Part shown: piece by piece, positions 18,691-29,197 of the stretch
How positions within the stretch are numbered: position 1 is the stretch's first letter
Layout of the letters: each line of letters begins with the position of its first letter
NCBI GenBank assembly: GCA_965218435.1
Contig: CBDCKW010000009.1
Coordinates: 3,168,001-3,232,000 of the forward strand
DNA length: 64,000 nucleotides
Reading direction: 5' to 3'
Source of the DNA: Truepera sp.
Lineage (GTDB): Bacteria > Deinococcota > Deinococci > Deinococcales > Trueperaceae
The notes under the pieces: generated by a model
What the model was told of the DNA's origin: nothing
Seen by the model: the letters and a program-made list of their open reading frames with translations, nothing else
The model's database searches: none
Translations under genes and position numbers: made by a program

Positions 18691-21396
18691 TCAGGCGACA
18701 TGGGCGTCGAGCTTCTCCGGGTTGATGTCTAAGTCTTTAATGGCTTTGGCGACGACCGACGCCTCGAGCTGCCCCTCTTGTTGCAGCGCGTAGAGCGTCG
18801 CTAAGGTGATAAAGCGGGCGTCTACCTCGAAGTGGTTGCGCAGCTCTTCTCTGGCTTCACTTCGGCCGAAGCCGTCTGTTCCCAAGCTGACGATAGGGCG
18901 CGGCAGATGACGAGAAAGCGCGTCCGGCAAAATCTTCAGATAATCCGAAGCTGCGACGAGTACGCCTTTGGTATCTTTAAGCGCCTCGTAGACGAACGCT
19001 TTTTCCGGTTCCTCTTCGGGGTGCAGCCGGTTGCGGCGCTCGACCCGGAGGGCGTCTTGGTGCAGCGACTTATACGAGGTCACGCTCCACACGTCCGCTG
19101 CGACGTTGTAGTCAGAAAGCATCTCTTGCGCCTTTAGAACCTCGAGCATAATTGAACCCGACCCGAAGAGCTGCGCTTTGAGCTTGCTCCGCTTTTTACC
19201 CGACGGCTTATAGAGGTACAACCCTCTCAGCACGCCCTCTTTGACCTCAGCAGCTGAGAGGTGTTCGGGTAGCGCCGGTTGCGGATAATTTTCGTTGCCG
19301 ACCGTAAGGTAGTAGAACACATCCTCTTGCTCCTCGTACATCCGCCGCATTCCCTCGCGGATGATAAAGGCCATCTCATAGGCAAACGACGGGTCGTAGG
19401 CGAGCAGGTTGGGAATCGGATAGGCCAGCACATGCGAGTGACCGTCTTGGTGTTGTAACCCTTCCCCGGCGAGCGTGGTGCGGCCCGCGGTGCCGCCGAG
19501 CAAAAAGCCTTTGGTGCGCATGTCCCCGGCGGCCCACAAGAAGTCGCCAATCCGCTGAAAGCCGAACATCGAGTAGTAGATAAAAAACGGGATGGTATTG
19601 ACGCCGTGCGCGGCGTACGCCGTTCCTGCGGCGATAAACGAGGCAACCGAACCCGCTTCGGTGATGCCCTCTTCTAAAATTTGCCCGTCGGTAGACTCTT
19701 TGTAGTACAAGATGTTGTCCGAGTCCACGGGTTCATAGAGCTGCCCGACGTGCGAGTAGATGCCGATCTGCCGGAACAGTGCTTCCATCCCAAAGGTGCG
19801 AGCCTCGTCAGGGACGATGGGTACGATGAGCTTGCCCCACGCTTTATCGCGCAAAAGTTTGCCCAAAATCCGCACGAAGACCATCGTGGTCGAGGCGGCG
19901 CGGTCGCCGGTCCCTTTGGTAAATTCTTCAAACAAGGCTTCGTCGGGCGCGGCGAGTGGTTCAGCCCGGACGCGTCGTGCGGGCATCCCGCCGCCTAGTG
20001 CTTCGCGGTGCTCCTGCAAATACTTAAACTCTTCTTCGTCCTCTTCCGGGCGGTAAAAAGGATACTTACTGATCTCTTCGTCTTTAATTGGGACTTCAAA
20101 GCGGTCACGGAAAAGCTTGAGCTCGTCCTCGCTGAGTTTTTTCTGCTGGTGCGTAACGTTTTTACCTTCACCTGACTCGCCCAAGCCGTAGCCCTTAACC
20201 GTCCGAGCCAAAATTACGGTCGGTTGCCCCTTATGCTCGGTGGCCTGTTTGAACGCTGAATAGACCTTGATGGGGTCGTGACCGCCGCGGTTGAGTTTGG
20301 CTAAATCGTCGTCGCTCCAGCCTTCGATAAGTGCTTGCAGTTCAGGCGTGTTAAAGAAGTTTTTACGCAGTTCAGCCGCGCCGAAGGCGGCGTAACGCTG
20401 CGATTCGCCGTCTATAAGTTTGTCAAAGCGCCTTAAGAGGACACCCTGCGTGTCTTTTTCTAAGAGCTTATCCCACCCTGAGCCCCAGATGACCTTGATG
20501 ACGTTCCAACCGGTGCCGCGAAAGCTGGCCTCGAGCTCCTGAATGATCTGGCCGTTGCCGCGTACCGGGCCGTCTAAACGTTGCAAATTGCAATTGATCA
20601 CCCAGATCAGGTTATCGAGTTTTTCCCTCGAGGCGAGGCTGATCGCGCCCAACGTTTCGGGTTCGTCGGTCTCACCGTCGCCTAAAAACGCCCAAACCTT
20701 ACCCGAACCGGGCTCTTTGAGGCCGCGGTCCTCAAGGTAGCGGTTAAAGCGCGCCTGATAGATTGAGGTCAGTGGGCCGATCCCCATCGAAACGGTGGCA
20801 AAGGTCCAGTAGTCGGGCATGAGCCACGCGTGTGGGTAGCTGCTCAGCCCCGGCTCTTGTTGCAACTCACGGCGGAAGTTGCGGAGCTGCTCTTTGTGCA
20901 GGCGGCGCTCTAAGTACGACCGCGCGTACATCCCAGGGCTCGCGTGGCCCTGAAAGTAGACCATATCGGCGTCTACACCCGCGTTCGGGCCGCGAAAAAA
21001 GTGATTCATCCCAACTTCATATAGGGTCGCCGCCGACGCGTAGGTTGATAAGTGGCCGCCGATACCCTCGGAATGCTTGTTGGCGTAGAGCACCATCGCC
21101 ACGGCGTTCCAGCGGATCAGGTTGCGGATGCGGCGTTCGATTGCCAAATCGCCAGGGTAGGGCTCGTCTTCGCCTGCCGGAATCGTATTGATGTAGGGCA
21201 TATTGGCGCTGAAGGGAATCTCGACGCCGAGTTTTTTGGCGTGCGCCTCGAGCCGCTCCAAAAGTTCTAAGGTGCGCTCGGGTCCGGCGCTGTCCAGGAC
21301 GTACTCCAAAGACTCGAGCCATTCGCGCAGCTCGACTTCGTTGAGTTGCTGCTGAACGTCGGTGTCGGCCTCAGCGCGTTCTAGGGTATCAGCCAC
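18691..21396 (-). CDS. aceE: Pyruvate dehydrogenase E1, homodimeric type
   Basis: [24 protein letters not shown]...[26 protein letters not shown] at 21396 with GAGGAGG RBS. Confidence 0.96.
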   Translation of the reverse strand: MADTLERAEADTDVQQQLNEVELREWLESLEYVLDSAGPERTLELLERLEAHAKKLGVEIPFSANMPYINTIPAGEDEPYPGDLAIERRIRNLIRWNAVAMVLYANKHSEGIGGHLSTYASAATLYEVGMNHFFRGPNAGVDADMVYFQGHASPGMYARSYLERRLHKEQLRNFRRELQQEPGLSSYPHAWLMPDYWTFATVSMGIGPLTSIYQARFNRYLEDRGLKEPGSGKVWAFLGDGETDEPETLGAISLASREKLDNLIWVINCNLQRLDGPVRGNGQIIQELEASFRGTGWNVIKVIWGSGWDKLLEKDTQGVLLRRFDKLIDGESQRYAAFGAAELRKNFFNTPELQALIEGWSDDDLAKLNRGGHDPIKVYSAFKQATEHKGQPTVILARTVKGYGLGESGEGKNVTHQQKKLSEDELKLFRDRFEVPIKDEEISKYPFYRPEEDEEEFKYLQEHREALGGGMPARRVRAEPLAAPDEALFEEFTKGTGDRAASTTMVFVRILGKLLRDKAWGKLIVPIVPDEARTFGMEALFRQIGIYSHVGQLYEPVDSDNILYYKESTDGQILEEGITEAGSVASFIAAGTAYAAHGVNTIPFFIYYSMFGFQRIGDFLWAAGDMRTKGFLLGGTAGRTTLAGEGLQHQDGHSHVLAYPIPNLLAYDPSFAYEMAFIIREGMRRMYEEQEDVFYYLTVGNENYPQPALPEHLSAAEVKEGVLRGLYLYKPSGKKRSKLKAQLFGSGSIMLEVLKAQEMLSDYNVAADVWSVTSYKSLHQDALRVERRNRLHPEEEPEKAFVYEALKDTKGVLVAASDYLKILPDALSRHLPRPIVSLGTDGFGRSEAREELRNHFEVDARFITLATLYALQQEGQLEASVVAKAIKDLDINPEKLDAHVA

Positions 21397-21550
21397 AGTA
21401 AAGCCTCCTCTTGGCTGGGGTTTGGCTACCAGAGGCAAAGTGCCCCAGTGTATCAGCTCATCCTATCAAGCTTAAGGCCGTAAAACTGCACACATACGCT
21501 GCAATTATCTTGATGGCCTAACTGAGGGCTGGGTTAAACATAAAGATTTG

Positions 21551-21586
21551 GGCGTAAAAATTTAGGCGTAAAGGTTAAGCGTAAAG
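21551..21586. repeat. Degenerate period-14 repeat (about 2.6 copies)
   Basis: GGCGTAAAAATTTA GGCGTAAAGGTTAA GCGTAAAG. Confidence 0.6.
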
Positions 21587-21601
21587 CAAACCGCCGCAGA
21601 G

Positions 21602-21805
21602 TTAGCGACGTAACCAACCGAGCAGATTGACTACAAGTGTCAATACAAAGCTGACCAGAAGCATCGAAGTCAGCGGAAAAAAGACCGTTTGCGTGCGAAC
21701 ATCACCGGGCAGGTGGCCGAACCAGGCGAACGCTTTAGGGAATACGAGCAGCAAGGCTCCGACGAGCGTTATGCCTAAACCTACCAAGATAAGAGCTCGA
21801 GCCAT
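21602..21805 (-). CDS. DUF2905 family small membrane protein
   Basis: WFGHLPGDVR...VFFPLTSMLLVS signature. Confidence 0.88.
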   Translation of the reverse strand: MARALILVGLGITLVGALLLVFPKAFAWFGHLPGDVRTQTVFFPLTSMLLVSFVLTLVVNLLGWLRR

Positions 21806-21843
21806 CCCTCAGTTTAGCGTTACTGAATGAGTCTCGAGGGATT

Positions 21844-21859
21844 TTGTAAACGATTACAA
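21844..21859. promoter_or_regulatory. LacI-family operator (distal)
   Basis: TTGTAAACGATTACAA palindrome with central CG. Confidence 0.75.
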
Positions 21860-21946
21860 AGTGTCTAAACTTATAATCAGAATTACACTCAAACTAAAGT
21901 GTCAAATGTGTATTTACCACCTCCAAACACAGTAAGTAAGCGGTAC

Positions 21947-21976
21947 TTGACATTTTTCTCGAGTTATCAGTAAACT
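21947..21976 (+). promoter_or_regulatory. Sigma70-type promoter of the sugar operon
   Basis: TTGACA (21947), 18-nt spacer, TAAACT (21971). Confidence 0.65.
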
Positions 21977-21995
21977 CAGCACATCAATTTGTTTT

Positions 21996-22009
21996 TGTAA
22001 GCGTTTACA
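21996..22009. promoter_or_regulatory. LacI-family operator (proximal)
   Basis: TGTAAGCGTTTACA just downstream of the promoter. Confidence 0.75.
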
Positions 22010-22035
22010 GAGATAGCTACTTCAGGGAGCTTTAG

Positions 22036-23034
22036 ATGGCAGCGGAACCCGCGACACGGTTAGCGCCGACAATTCAAGACGTAGCGCAAACCGCCGGGGT
22101 CTCGACCGGTACCGTCAGCCGCGTCCTCAACGGTCGGCCGGGAGTTAAAGCGAGTACCAAAACGGCGGTTTTAGACGCAGTGACGAGGCTTAAATACCGC
22201 CCCGATACGGCGGCGCGGCAGCTCTCCGGGGGCCGCGCCAAACGCATCGGGTTTCACGTGTCGGCGCACGGTAGCCGTTTTTCTCCCTTTTATACGCTCT
22301 TTATAAAGCATTTGATACGAGAGTTTGAAAGAGAGGGTTACCGGTTAGACGATATTCCCAGCCGCCCCGACGGACTTCCGGAAAGACTTTCAGACGGCCT
22401 GATGCTCTTCGGCGTTCACGACGACGACCCCCGGATTTCGTATTTGCAAGCTCGAGATATACCGTTTGTCTTAGAAGGGCACGCCCCCGGTCAGCGCTGG
22501 GTTCAGTCGGACGATTACAGCGGCGGACGGCAAGGAACCGAACACTTGGTACGCCTTAGTCACACCGGCGTTGTGCATCTAAGTGGTGACCTGAGCGGGC
22601 AAGCTGCGTTTGACCGCTTTTGTGGTTACAGAGACGTCCTTACCGAAAACGGTTTACGGGTGCCGGAGCCGCTTAACGGCAGTTTTACGGCGCTCGGCGC
22701 GTACCGGGCGGTGCGGCGGGCGCTAGACGTTGGAACGCAGGTTTCTACACCATTTTCTGCTCTTTTTGCCGCCTCGGACGAGATGGCGCAGGGAGCAATC
22801 ATCGCTTTAGCTGACGCCGGGCTTAAAGTTCCCGGAGACGTGTCGGTCGTCGGCTTTGACGATCTGCCCGAGTTTGGGGAAGGTCTGACGACCGTTCGGC
22901 AAGACCTCGCCAAAATCGCCGAGACTGCGGTCGTGCTCCTGAAAGAAGGGTTGGCAGGGAGACCCGTGCGGCATGAGGTCGTGCCGGTTCAGCTCGTGGT
23001 GCGGGGCAGCACCGCCCGGAGGAGGTCGTCGTGA
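22036..23034 (+). CDS. LacI family transcriptional regulator
   Basis: TIQDVAQTAGVSTGTVSRVLN HTH; VPGDVSVVGFDD; LTTVRQD. Confidence 0.96.
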   Translation: MAAEPATRLAPTIQDVAQTAGVSTGTVSRVLNGRPGVKASTKTAVLDAVTRLKYRPDTAARQLSGGRAKRIGFHVSAHGSRFSPFYTLFIKHLIREFEREGYRLDDIPSRPDGLPERLSDGLMLFGVHDDDPRISYLQARDIPFVLEGHAPGQRWVQSDDYSGGRQGTEHLVRLSHTGVVHLSGDLSGQAAFDRFCGYRDVLTENGLRVPEPLNGSFTALGAYRAVRRALDVGTQVSTPFSALFAASDEMAQGAIIALADAGLKVPGDVSVVGFDDLPEFGEGLTTVRQDLAKIAETAVVLLKEGLAGRPVRHEVVPVQLVVRGSTARRRSS

Positions 23035-23140
23035 TTTAGCTGCTGTAATGTAACTGCTGTGATCTAGCCGCCGCAATTTAACTGCCGTAGTTTAACCGCC
23101 GCAATTTAACTGCTGTAATTTACTACTGTAATTTAACCGC
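23034..23140. repeat. Degenerate 14-bp tandem repeat, about 8 copies
   Basis: ATTTAGCTGCTGTA ATGTAACTGCTGTG ATCTAGCCGCCGCA ATTTAACTGCCGTA GTTTAACCGCCGCA ATTTAACTGCTGTA ATTTACTACTGTA ATTTAACCGC. Confidence 0.92.
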
Positions 23141-23207
23141 ACGTCGGCACCCTAGTCCTACTCACAAGCTCCAACTAGCTGGGCTTACTTGTCTCAAAGG
23201 AGGATAT

Positions 23208-24434
23208 ATGAAACGTTTAGGTTTGGCACTTCTTAGCAGCCTGCTCGCCTGCACCGCGCTGGCACAAACGACCATCCGCATCACCGGTTACGGCGGTCAA
23301 GACCCGGCGATCGTCAACCGGCTGATCAACGAAGTTATCGGCGACAAGCTTTCTGCTGAAGGTATCACTGTACAGTACGAGCCCGTCGAGGGCGACTACA
23401 ACGCCGGACTTTTTAACGCGCTTTCAGCGGGCACGGCGGGTGACGTCTTTTATATTCCGGCAGAGACCGCGCCCGGTATCCTGGCAACAGGCACCGTCTT
23501 GCCCCTTAACGATGTGGTAGACACGTCACCCTTTATAGATACGCTGTTAGAGCCCTTTACCGTGGACGGTCAAGTTTACGGCATCCCGAAAGACTTCAAC
23601 ACGCTGGCCGTTTTTTACAACAAAGACTTGTTTGATGAAGCGGGCGTCGAGTATCCCAATGAAAACGACACCTGGGAGACCTTCGCCAAGAAGCTGCGCG
23701 GCGTTAACGACCTAGGCGGCGACGTTAAGGGCGCGTGCTTTGTCGCCGACCTCGCGCGGATGGGACCGTTCGCTTTTGGCGAGGGTTGGCAGGCACTAGA
23801 CCAAGACGGTAACACCAACCTGCAAGACAAGGCGTTTGTTGACGCTTTCACTTGGTACACCGGCCTGATTCAAGAGGGTGTAACGTCGCTCCCGAGCGAC
23901 TTAGGTCAAGACTGGTCGGGCGGCTGTTTCGGGACGGGTAATACCGGCGTGGCGATTGAAGGCGCGTGGATTTTAGGCTACCTGAGAGACACCGCCCCCA
24001 ACTTGCAGTACGGCACCACCTTTTTGCCGGTCGCCCCGTCAGGTAAAACCGGCAACTACACCTACACGGTGGCCTACGGCGTCAACGCGAACTCGGCCAA
24101 CCAAGACGCTGCCATCAAAGTTTTAGAAGCCTTGACCAGCCCGGAGGCGCAGCAGTGGGTGCTGGAAAACGGTCTTGCTATCCCCAGCCGCAAAGCTCTA
24201 GAAAATAATCCCTACTTCGCCGAAAAAAACCCCGAGGCCGAGGCCAACCGCGTCGTCTTCGAGGGAGCCACGCGTGGCAACGTCGAAAGCTACCAGTTCG
24301 GCAAGGTCGGTACGGACTTCGTAACGCCGATCAATCAGGCGATCAATGCAGTTGCCACCGGTCAGTCGCAGGTCGGTCCGGCTCTTAAACAAGCACAAGG
24401 CGAGGTTGACGCGCTCATCCAGCGCACCCAATAA
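23208..24434 (+). CDS. Sugar ABC transporter substrate-binding protein
   Basis: Signal peptide; GQVYGIPKDFNTLAVFYNKDLFDEAG; AGGAGG RBS. Confidence 0.93.
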   Translation: MKRLGLALLSSLLACTALAQTTIRITGYGGQDPAIVNRLINEVIGDKLSAEGITVQYEPVEGDYNAGLFNALSAGTAGDVFYIPAETAPGILATGTVLPLNDVVDTSPFIDTLLEPFTVDGQVYGIPKDFNTLAVFYNKDLFDEAGVEYPNENDTWETFAKKLRGVNDLGGDVKGACFVADLARMGPFAFGEGWQALDQDGNTNLQDKAFVDAFTWYTGLIQEGVTSLPSDLGQDWSGGCFGTGNTGVAIEGAWILGYLRDTAPNLQYGTTFLPVAPSGKTGNYTYTVAYGVNANSANQDAAIKVLEALTSPEAQQWVLENGLAIPSRKALENNPYFAEKNPEAEANRVVFEGATRGNVESYQFGKVGTDFVTPINQAINAVATGQSQVGPALKQAQGEVDALIQRTQ

Positions 24435-24511
24435 GCAGCCCAGCTTCACGTAACGGGACAGCCGCGACAAAACCGGGTCCGGCTGCCCACCCTTTGAGGA
24501 GGCCAAACCCC

Positions 24512-25606
24512 ATGAAACAAAAGTTCCGCGACGCGGCGGCAGGTTACCTCTTTCTTTTGCCTTTTTTGCTGACGCTCGGTGTGTTTTTCGTCTACGCTTT
24601 TGTACGCGCCGTAGGGTTCAGCTTTACCAATTACAACTTGTTTAACGCCGCCAACCTCGAGTTCATCGGACTGCAAAATTATCTCAATCTGTTTCGGGAT
24701 AATAACTTTCTACGCGCTCTCACCAACTCGGTTACTTTCGCTACCGTGGTAACTGCGCTACAAACGTTTGGCGCACTGCTTATGGCCGCCGTACTCAACC
24801 AAAAGGTGCGCGGGCTGGGCTTTTTCCGGGCCGCTTACTATATGCCCAGCGTGACCAGCAGCGTGGTGATTACGCTCATCTTTTTGTGGCTTTTTCAGCG
24901 TACCGGCTTAATCAACTATCTCACGACGCAGTTTCTCGTCTATCTGCCTTTGATTGCTGTGTTTGCAGCACTCCTGATTGTGATGCAAGTGGTACAGGTA
25001 GCCTTTGAACGCGCCCGCAACCTGCCTGCAAACTGGAACGACCCGGCCTTGTTCGTGATCTCGCTCCTCGTGGCGCTCGCCGGAACCGTGGTGCTTAATA
25101 TCAGCGGGCTTATTTCACCCAGGGACCTGCCCCCCGTAGATTTTAACTGGCTTAATACCCAGCAGCGTGTCGGCTTTATCGGCGTACCCCTGATCGTGAT
25201 TATGGTTCAAAACATCTTTACGACGATTCCGACTTTTATGTTGATGTTTTTAGCGGCGCTGCAAGACGTGCCTGTGTCGTACTACGAAGCGGCATCTTTA
25301 GACGGGGCGAGTGCGGCGCAGCAGTTTCGTTATATCACCGTGCCGTCGGTTCAACCCGTGACTTTTTTGGTCGTCACGCTCGGACTTATCGGCACCTTAC
25401 AGATGTTTGACCAGGTGGCGATTTTTGGGAACGCTGTACCTTTAGAGTCGGTTATTACGCTGGCGTACTTTGTCTACGACCGGATGTTTCCCGGCGGTCA
25501 ACTTCCCGAAGTCGGTTTTGCGTCGGCGGCGGCGATGTTTTTAGCGGTGCTGACGCTGATCGTCGTGCTGATTCAGCGCGTCTTTATCCCGTCGGAGAAA
25601 CGCTGA
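24512..25606 (+). CDS. Carbohydrate ABC transporter permease (MalF-like)
   Basis: GYLFLLP, FIGLQNY, FRAAYYMPSV, EAASLDGA loop. Confidence 0.93.
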   Translation: MKQKFRDAAAGYLFLLPFLLTLGVFFVYAFVRAVGFSFTNYNLFNAANLEFIGLQNYLNLFRDNNFLRALTNSVTFATVVTALQTFGALLMAAVLNQKVRGLGFFRAAYYMPSVTSSVVITLIFLWLFQRTGLINYLTTQFLVYLPLIAVFAALLIVMQVVQVAFERARNLPANWNDPALFVISLLVALAGTVVLNISGLISPRDLPPVDFNWLNTQQRVGFIGVPLIVIMVQNIFTTIPTFMLMFLAALQDVPVSYYEAASLDGASAAQQFRYITVPSVQPVTFLVVTLGLIGTLQMFDQVAIFGNAVPLESVITLAYFVYDRMFPGGQLPEVGFASAAAMFLAVLTLIVVLIQRVFIPSEKR

Positions 25607-27048
25607 TGGCGACGCGCAGCGCACCACGTGGGATTGAAACGTTTGGGAGCCGCGCCGAGTTTGAACGCTGGCACACCCGCCGCCGCTGGGCGCGGGCAGG
25701 GCTTGTCTATCTGGCGATGCTCTTTTTTGCGGTGGTGCTCTTAGGACCGATTTTATTTGCGGCAATCTCGAGCGTCAAAACGAACCCGCTCGAGTACCCG
25801 CCAACGCTTAACATCCCGCAGCTCTCCCCCGCCAACTGGTCGGCGGCGGCGCGCCTCGGCGCAGCGGGTCGTGGTGGGCGCTGGTTCGGCGGCTTCGCGC
25901 CCGGCGCAGATGTACCCTTTCGGATCACCTATTTCGTCCCTGAAGGGCAACAGGCCGAAGCGCCCGAAGTGGTGGTGTCGCGTCGCCGGAGCGGTGGGTT
26001 ACAAGCGGCGCAAGTGATCGAGTTTGCCGCCGACTACGCTAAGGTGAGCCCGGTTGCGGAGGTCTCGAGCACGCCCGGTTCTAAGGAGGTGCGCGGCGAG
26101 GAGACCGCCGGACAGTTCGTGACCTACAGCTTTAATGTGACCTATCCCGGCAAGGGGCCGAAAGTTGACACGCTACCCGTAGATATTACCGCCCCGGTCA
26201 ATCAGCTTTATACCGACGCGACGCTGAGCCCGAGTCGGCTCGAGCGGCGGGGCCGGGTCGCCTCGTTTGATACCATCGTTCCCGGCGCACTCGGCTACGT
26301 GTTTCGCAACTACACACGCGTTTTTGCCGAAGTCAAAAGTGTCACGACCGGCGAAAGCCTCTTCTGGGCGTGGACGCGCAACTCGTTTTTGATCGGTATC
26401 GTCCGAGTTTTAAGCACGTTGCTGTTCGCGTCAATGGCCGGTTACGCGCTCGCGCGGCTCCGTTTCCCAGGTAAAAACATCATCTTTTTTGCCACGCTCT
26501 TCAGCATGATGATCCCCGGTCAGGTCACCTTTATCTCAAACTATCTGGTCTTACGTGACGGCATCTTCGGCTTGACCCAACTTTTCGGCGTACCGACGCT
26601 CTTAAATACGATTTGGGCGGTGATTGTCGGCGGGGCGAGCGGGTCGGCCTTGGTTGCTGCCGGGATGGTCTTCTTGATGAAACAGTTTTTCGAGTCTATC
26701 CCCAACGAGGTTGAAGAAGCGGCGATGATTGACGGGGCGAACCACTGGCGGCGCTACTGGAACGTCGTGTTACCGATGGCTCGGCCCGCGTTGGGCGCAG
26801 TCGCCATCCTCAGCTTTCAAGGTGCGTGGAACGAGTTTTTCTGGCCTTTTATCGTCCTGACGACCCCCGAAGACATCAAAACGCTGCCGATTGGCCTGTT
26901 GTCGTTTCGGCAAATCTACGGCGCGACCGGTGACTGGGGCCTGATCTTAGCAGGCGCGATTTTGAGTGCGCTCCCGATTGTCATCTTGTTCATCGTATTC
27001 CAGCGTTACTTTTTAGAGGGCGTGTCGTACGGGGGCGGCAAAGAGTAA
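25606..27048 (+). CDS. Carbohydrate ABC transporter permease (MalG-like) with large extracytoplasmic insertion
   Basis: AGYALARLRFPG, EEAAMIDGA, WNEFFWP, FQRYFLEG; long hydrophilic insert after TM1. Confidence 0.92.
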   Translation: MATRSAPRGIETFGSRAEFERWHTRRRWARAGLVYLAMLFFAVVLLGPILFAAISSVKTNPLEYPPTLNIPQLSPANWSAAARLGAAGRGGRWFGGFAPGADVPFRITYFVPEGQQAEAPEVVVSRRRSGGLQAAQVIEFAADYAKVSPVAEVSSTPGSKEVRGEETAGQFVTYSFNVTYPGKGPKVDTLPVDITAPVNQLYTDATLSPSRLERRGRVASFDTIVPGALGYVFRNYTRVFAEVKSVTTGESLFWAWTRNSFLIGIVRVLSTLLFASMAGYALARLRFPGKNIIFFATLFSMMIPGQVTFISNYLVLRDGIFGLTQLFGVPTLLNTIWAVIVGGASGSALVAAGMVFLMKQFFESIPNEVEEAAMIDGANHWRRYWNVVLPMARPALGAVAILSFQGAWNEFFWPFIVLTTPEDIKTLPIGLLSFRQIYGATGDWGLILAGAILSALPIVILFIVFQRYFLEGVSYGGGKE

Positions 27049-27119
27049 GAGTCAGTCATCAGTAGCCAGAATTCAATAGTCAGTAAAGAAGCTTTAGGCT
27101 GAATTCTGATACCTGACTA
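27049..27119. repeat. Heptamer tandem repeats in inverted arrangement
   Basis: GAGTCAG TCATCAG TAGCCAG AATTCAA TAGTCAG ... CTGAATT CTGATAC CTGACTA. Confidence 0.7.
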
Positions 27120-27139
27120 CTTTAGTTTTTTGGAGCTTT

Positions 27140-28972
27140 ATGGACCTCAGCAAAGACGTCGTTCTCAAAGAAAACTACACTTTTCTCGTCGCTGACGCCG
27201 CCGGACAGATTACGGGTGGCGAACACGGGCTTTACAACCGCGATACTCGCTTCTTAAACCGTTACAGCTGGTCTTTGGGCGAGGATATTCAGGCTCTCTT
27301 AGTCTATACGCCGCGCCCGGACACCCTTACGGCGCACTACGCGCTGATAGGGGGACCGTCGCAAGTTTTGGGGATTGAGCGGCAGCTTAACGTACATGCG
27401 GGCGGCATTACAGATAGTTTAGAGCTGCAAAACACCGGTTCTGAGCCTCGAGACGTCACCCTTAAACTCACGGTGGCGGGCGACTTTGCCGATATGTTCG
27501 AGGCTAGGGGCTGGGACAAGTTAGAACGCACGCCGGTCAAGCTTCAAAAGGAGGGTGAGACGTTTGCGCTGCGTTACGAAGCGCAAGACGGGGCACAGGT
27601 GGGAACGGTGCTGGGGCCATCCCAAACCCCCAACGATGTACAGGCGTACACACTCGTATTTAGACTGACGCTGGCCCCCAAAGAAGTGCGTACGCTCAGC
27701 GTTACCGTCACGCTGCAGACGCTGGGCGAAGACTATCCGGGCGTCGGTTACGAGACGTGGCTCGAGGGGTTTTCAACACTGCCAACACTTTCGCAGCGTC
27801 ATCAAGAAGTCTTGACCCAAGCTCAAAAAGACCTCCGCGCCCTGCTGCTCTTTACCGAACACGGCCCGTATTTAGCCGCAGGCATCCCCTGGTACGTCGC
27901 CGCTTTTGGCCGGGACGCGCTCTTAGCCGCTTCGATGCTCTTGCCTCATCATCCGGAGGTCGCTGAGGGTGTGTTGCGTTACCTTGCGGCCTATCAGGGC
28001 AAAAAATACGACAAGGTAACCGCTGAAGCCCCCGGCAAGATCATGCATGAGCTGCGTTTTGGTGAGCTGACGCGGTTGGGCGAGACGCCCTTCGGCCCTT
28101 ATTACGGCACCGTGGACGCGACTGCCCTGTTTGTCATGCTCCTCTATCAGCTCTACGAGCAAACCGGTGACTTGACGCTCGTTCAGGAGTTGCGCCCGCA
28201 CTGGGAAGCGGCGCTAACTTGGATGACTGAGATTGCCGACGCCGATGGGGACGGGTTTCTCGAGTTCAGTGGCGCGGGCGAAAAAGGGTTAGCGGTGCAA
28301 ACCTGGAAAGACTCGAGAGACTCGCTCAGTCACCGTAACGGACAGCTGGCGGAGGGGGCGATTGCCGGGAGTGAAGTCCAGGGTTACGCTTACGCCGCCT
28401 ACCGCGCCGCCGCCGACTTTTACGACGCGCTCGGTCAAGGTGAGGACGCACAAAGCTGGCGTGAACGTGCCGAAGGGCTCAAAAGCTCGTTTCACGACCG
28501 CTTTTGGTTGGACGAGCTGCAGACCTACGCGCTGGCGCTGGACGGCAACAAGTGTCCCTTAGAGGTGCAGAGCTCGAACGCCGGACAGCTGTTATGGACC
28601 GGCATCGTCCCGGACGACACCGCACCCAAACTCGTTAAAGCGCTCTTTTCAGACCCGAATTGGTCAGGCTGGGGTATCCGCACGCTCGGCAGCGGTGAGG
28701 TGCGTTACAACCCGGTGTCGTATCACAACGGCTCGGTGTGGCCGCACGACACGGCGCTGATTGCAGGCGGCTTGGCACGTTACGGTTTCGAAGAAGAGGC
28801 GGCGCAAATCCGCGCGGCGCTTTTTGACTTGGCCTCGAGCCAGAGCGACCACCGCCTCCCCGAACTCGTCGCCGGTTATCCCAGAACGGCGGCCCCACCC
28901 ATTCCTTACCCGGTCGCGTGCCGCCCCCAAGCGTGGGACGCAGCGGCGCTGCTCTATCTGCTGACGTTATAA
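27140..28972 (+). CDS. Glycogen debranching enzyme-like / amylo-alpha-1,6-glucosidase family glycoside hydrolase
   Basis: GLYNRDTRFL, AAGIPWYVAAFGRD, EAPGKIMHELRFG, YYGTVDAT, WKDS, YNPVSYHNGSVWPHD, PQAW. Confidence 0.9.
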   Translation: MDLSKDVVLKENYTFLVADAAGQITGGEHGLYNRDTRFLNRYSWSLGEDIQALLVYTPRPDTLTAHYALIGGPSQVLGIERQLNVHAGGITDSLELQNTGSEPRDVTLKLTVAGDFADMFEARGWDKLERTPVKLQKEGETFALRYEAQDGAQVGTVLGPSQTPNDVQAYTLVFRLTLAPKEVRTLSVTVTLQTLGEDYPGVGYETWLEGFSTLPTLSQRHQEVLTQAQKDLRALLLFTEHGPYLAAGIPWYVAAFGRDALLAASMLLPHHPEVAEGVLRYLAAYQGKKYDKVTAEAPGKIMHELRFGELTRLGETPFGPYYGTVDATALFVMLLYQLYEQTGDLTLVQELRPHWEAALTWMTEIADADGDGFLEFSGAGEKGLAVQTWKDSRDSLSHRNGQLAEGAIAGSEVQGYAYAAYRAAADFYDALGQGEDAQSWRERAEGLKSSFHDRFWLDELQTYALALDGNKCPLEVQSSNAGQLLWTGIVPDDTAPKLVKALFSDPNWSGWGIRTLGSGEVRYNPVSYHNGSVWPHDTALIAGGLARYGFEEEAAQIRAALFDLASSQSDHRLPELVAGYPRTAAPPIPYPVACRPQAWDAAALLYLLTL

Positions 28973-28980
28973 CAAGCGAC

Positions 28981-29147
28981 TAGGCTCTGTTGACATTGAA
29001 AACCAGCCAGCTAGAGGTGTTTGCAGTGTGCCTTATAGAAGCAGTAATTCAGCATGGAAGCGTTGAAGCGTTGCTGGCTGGGCTGAGCAAACAGCGTGTC
29101 TCTCGCACTCGAGACGTGACGAGCAGAGCAAAGGTCAACACGGTCCA
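28981..29147. mobile_element. Putative MITE / IS5-family-like remnant (about 165 bp)
   Basis: Imperfect terminal inverted repeats TAGGCTCTGTTGACATT ... AAGGTCAACACGGTCCA; no transposase. Confidence 0.4.
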
Positions 29148-29197
29148 GTGAGCAGCATAGACTCGCTGCTCACGGTTCGCCTATCAAGTTGTTCTGG

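Noticed and set aside
23034..23140. Possible CRISPR array
   Set aside because: The 14-bp units are contiguous and degenerate with no unique spacers, and there are no cas genes in the window.
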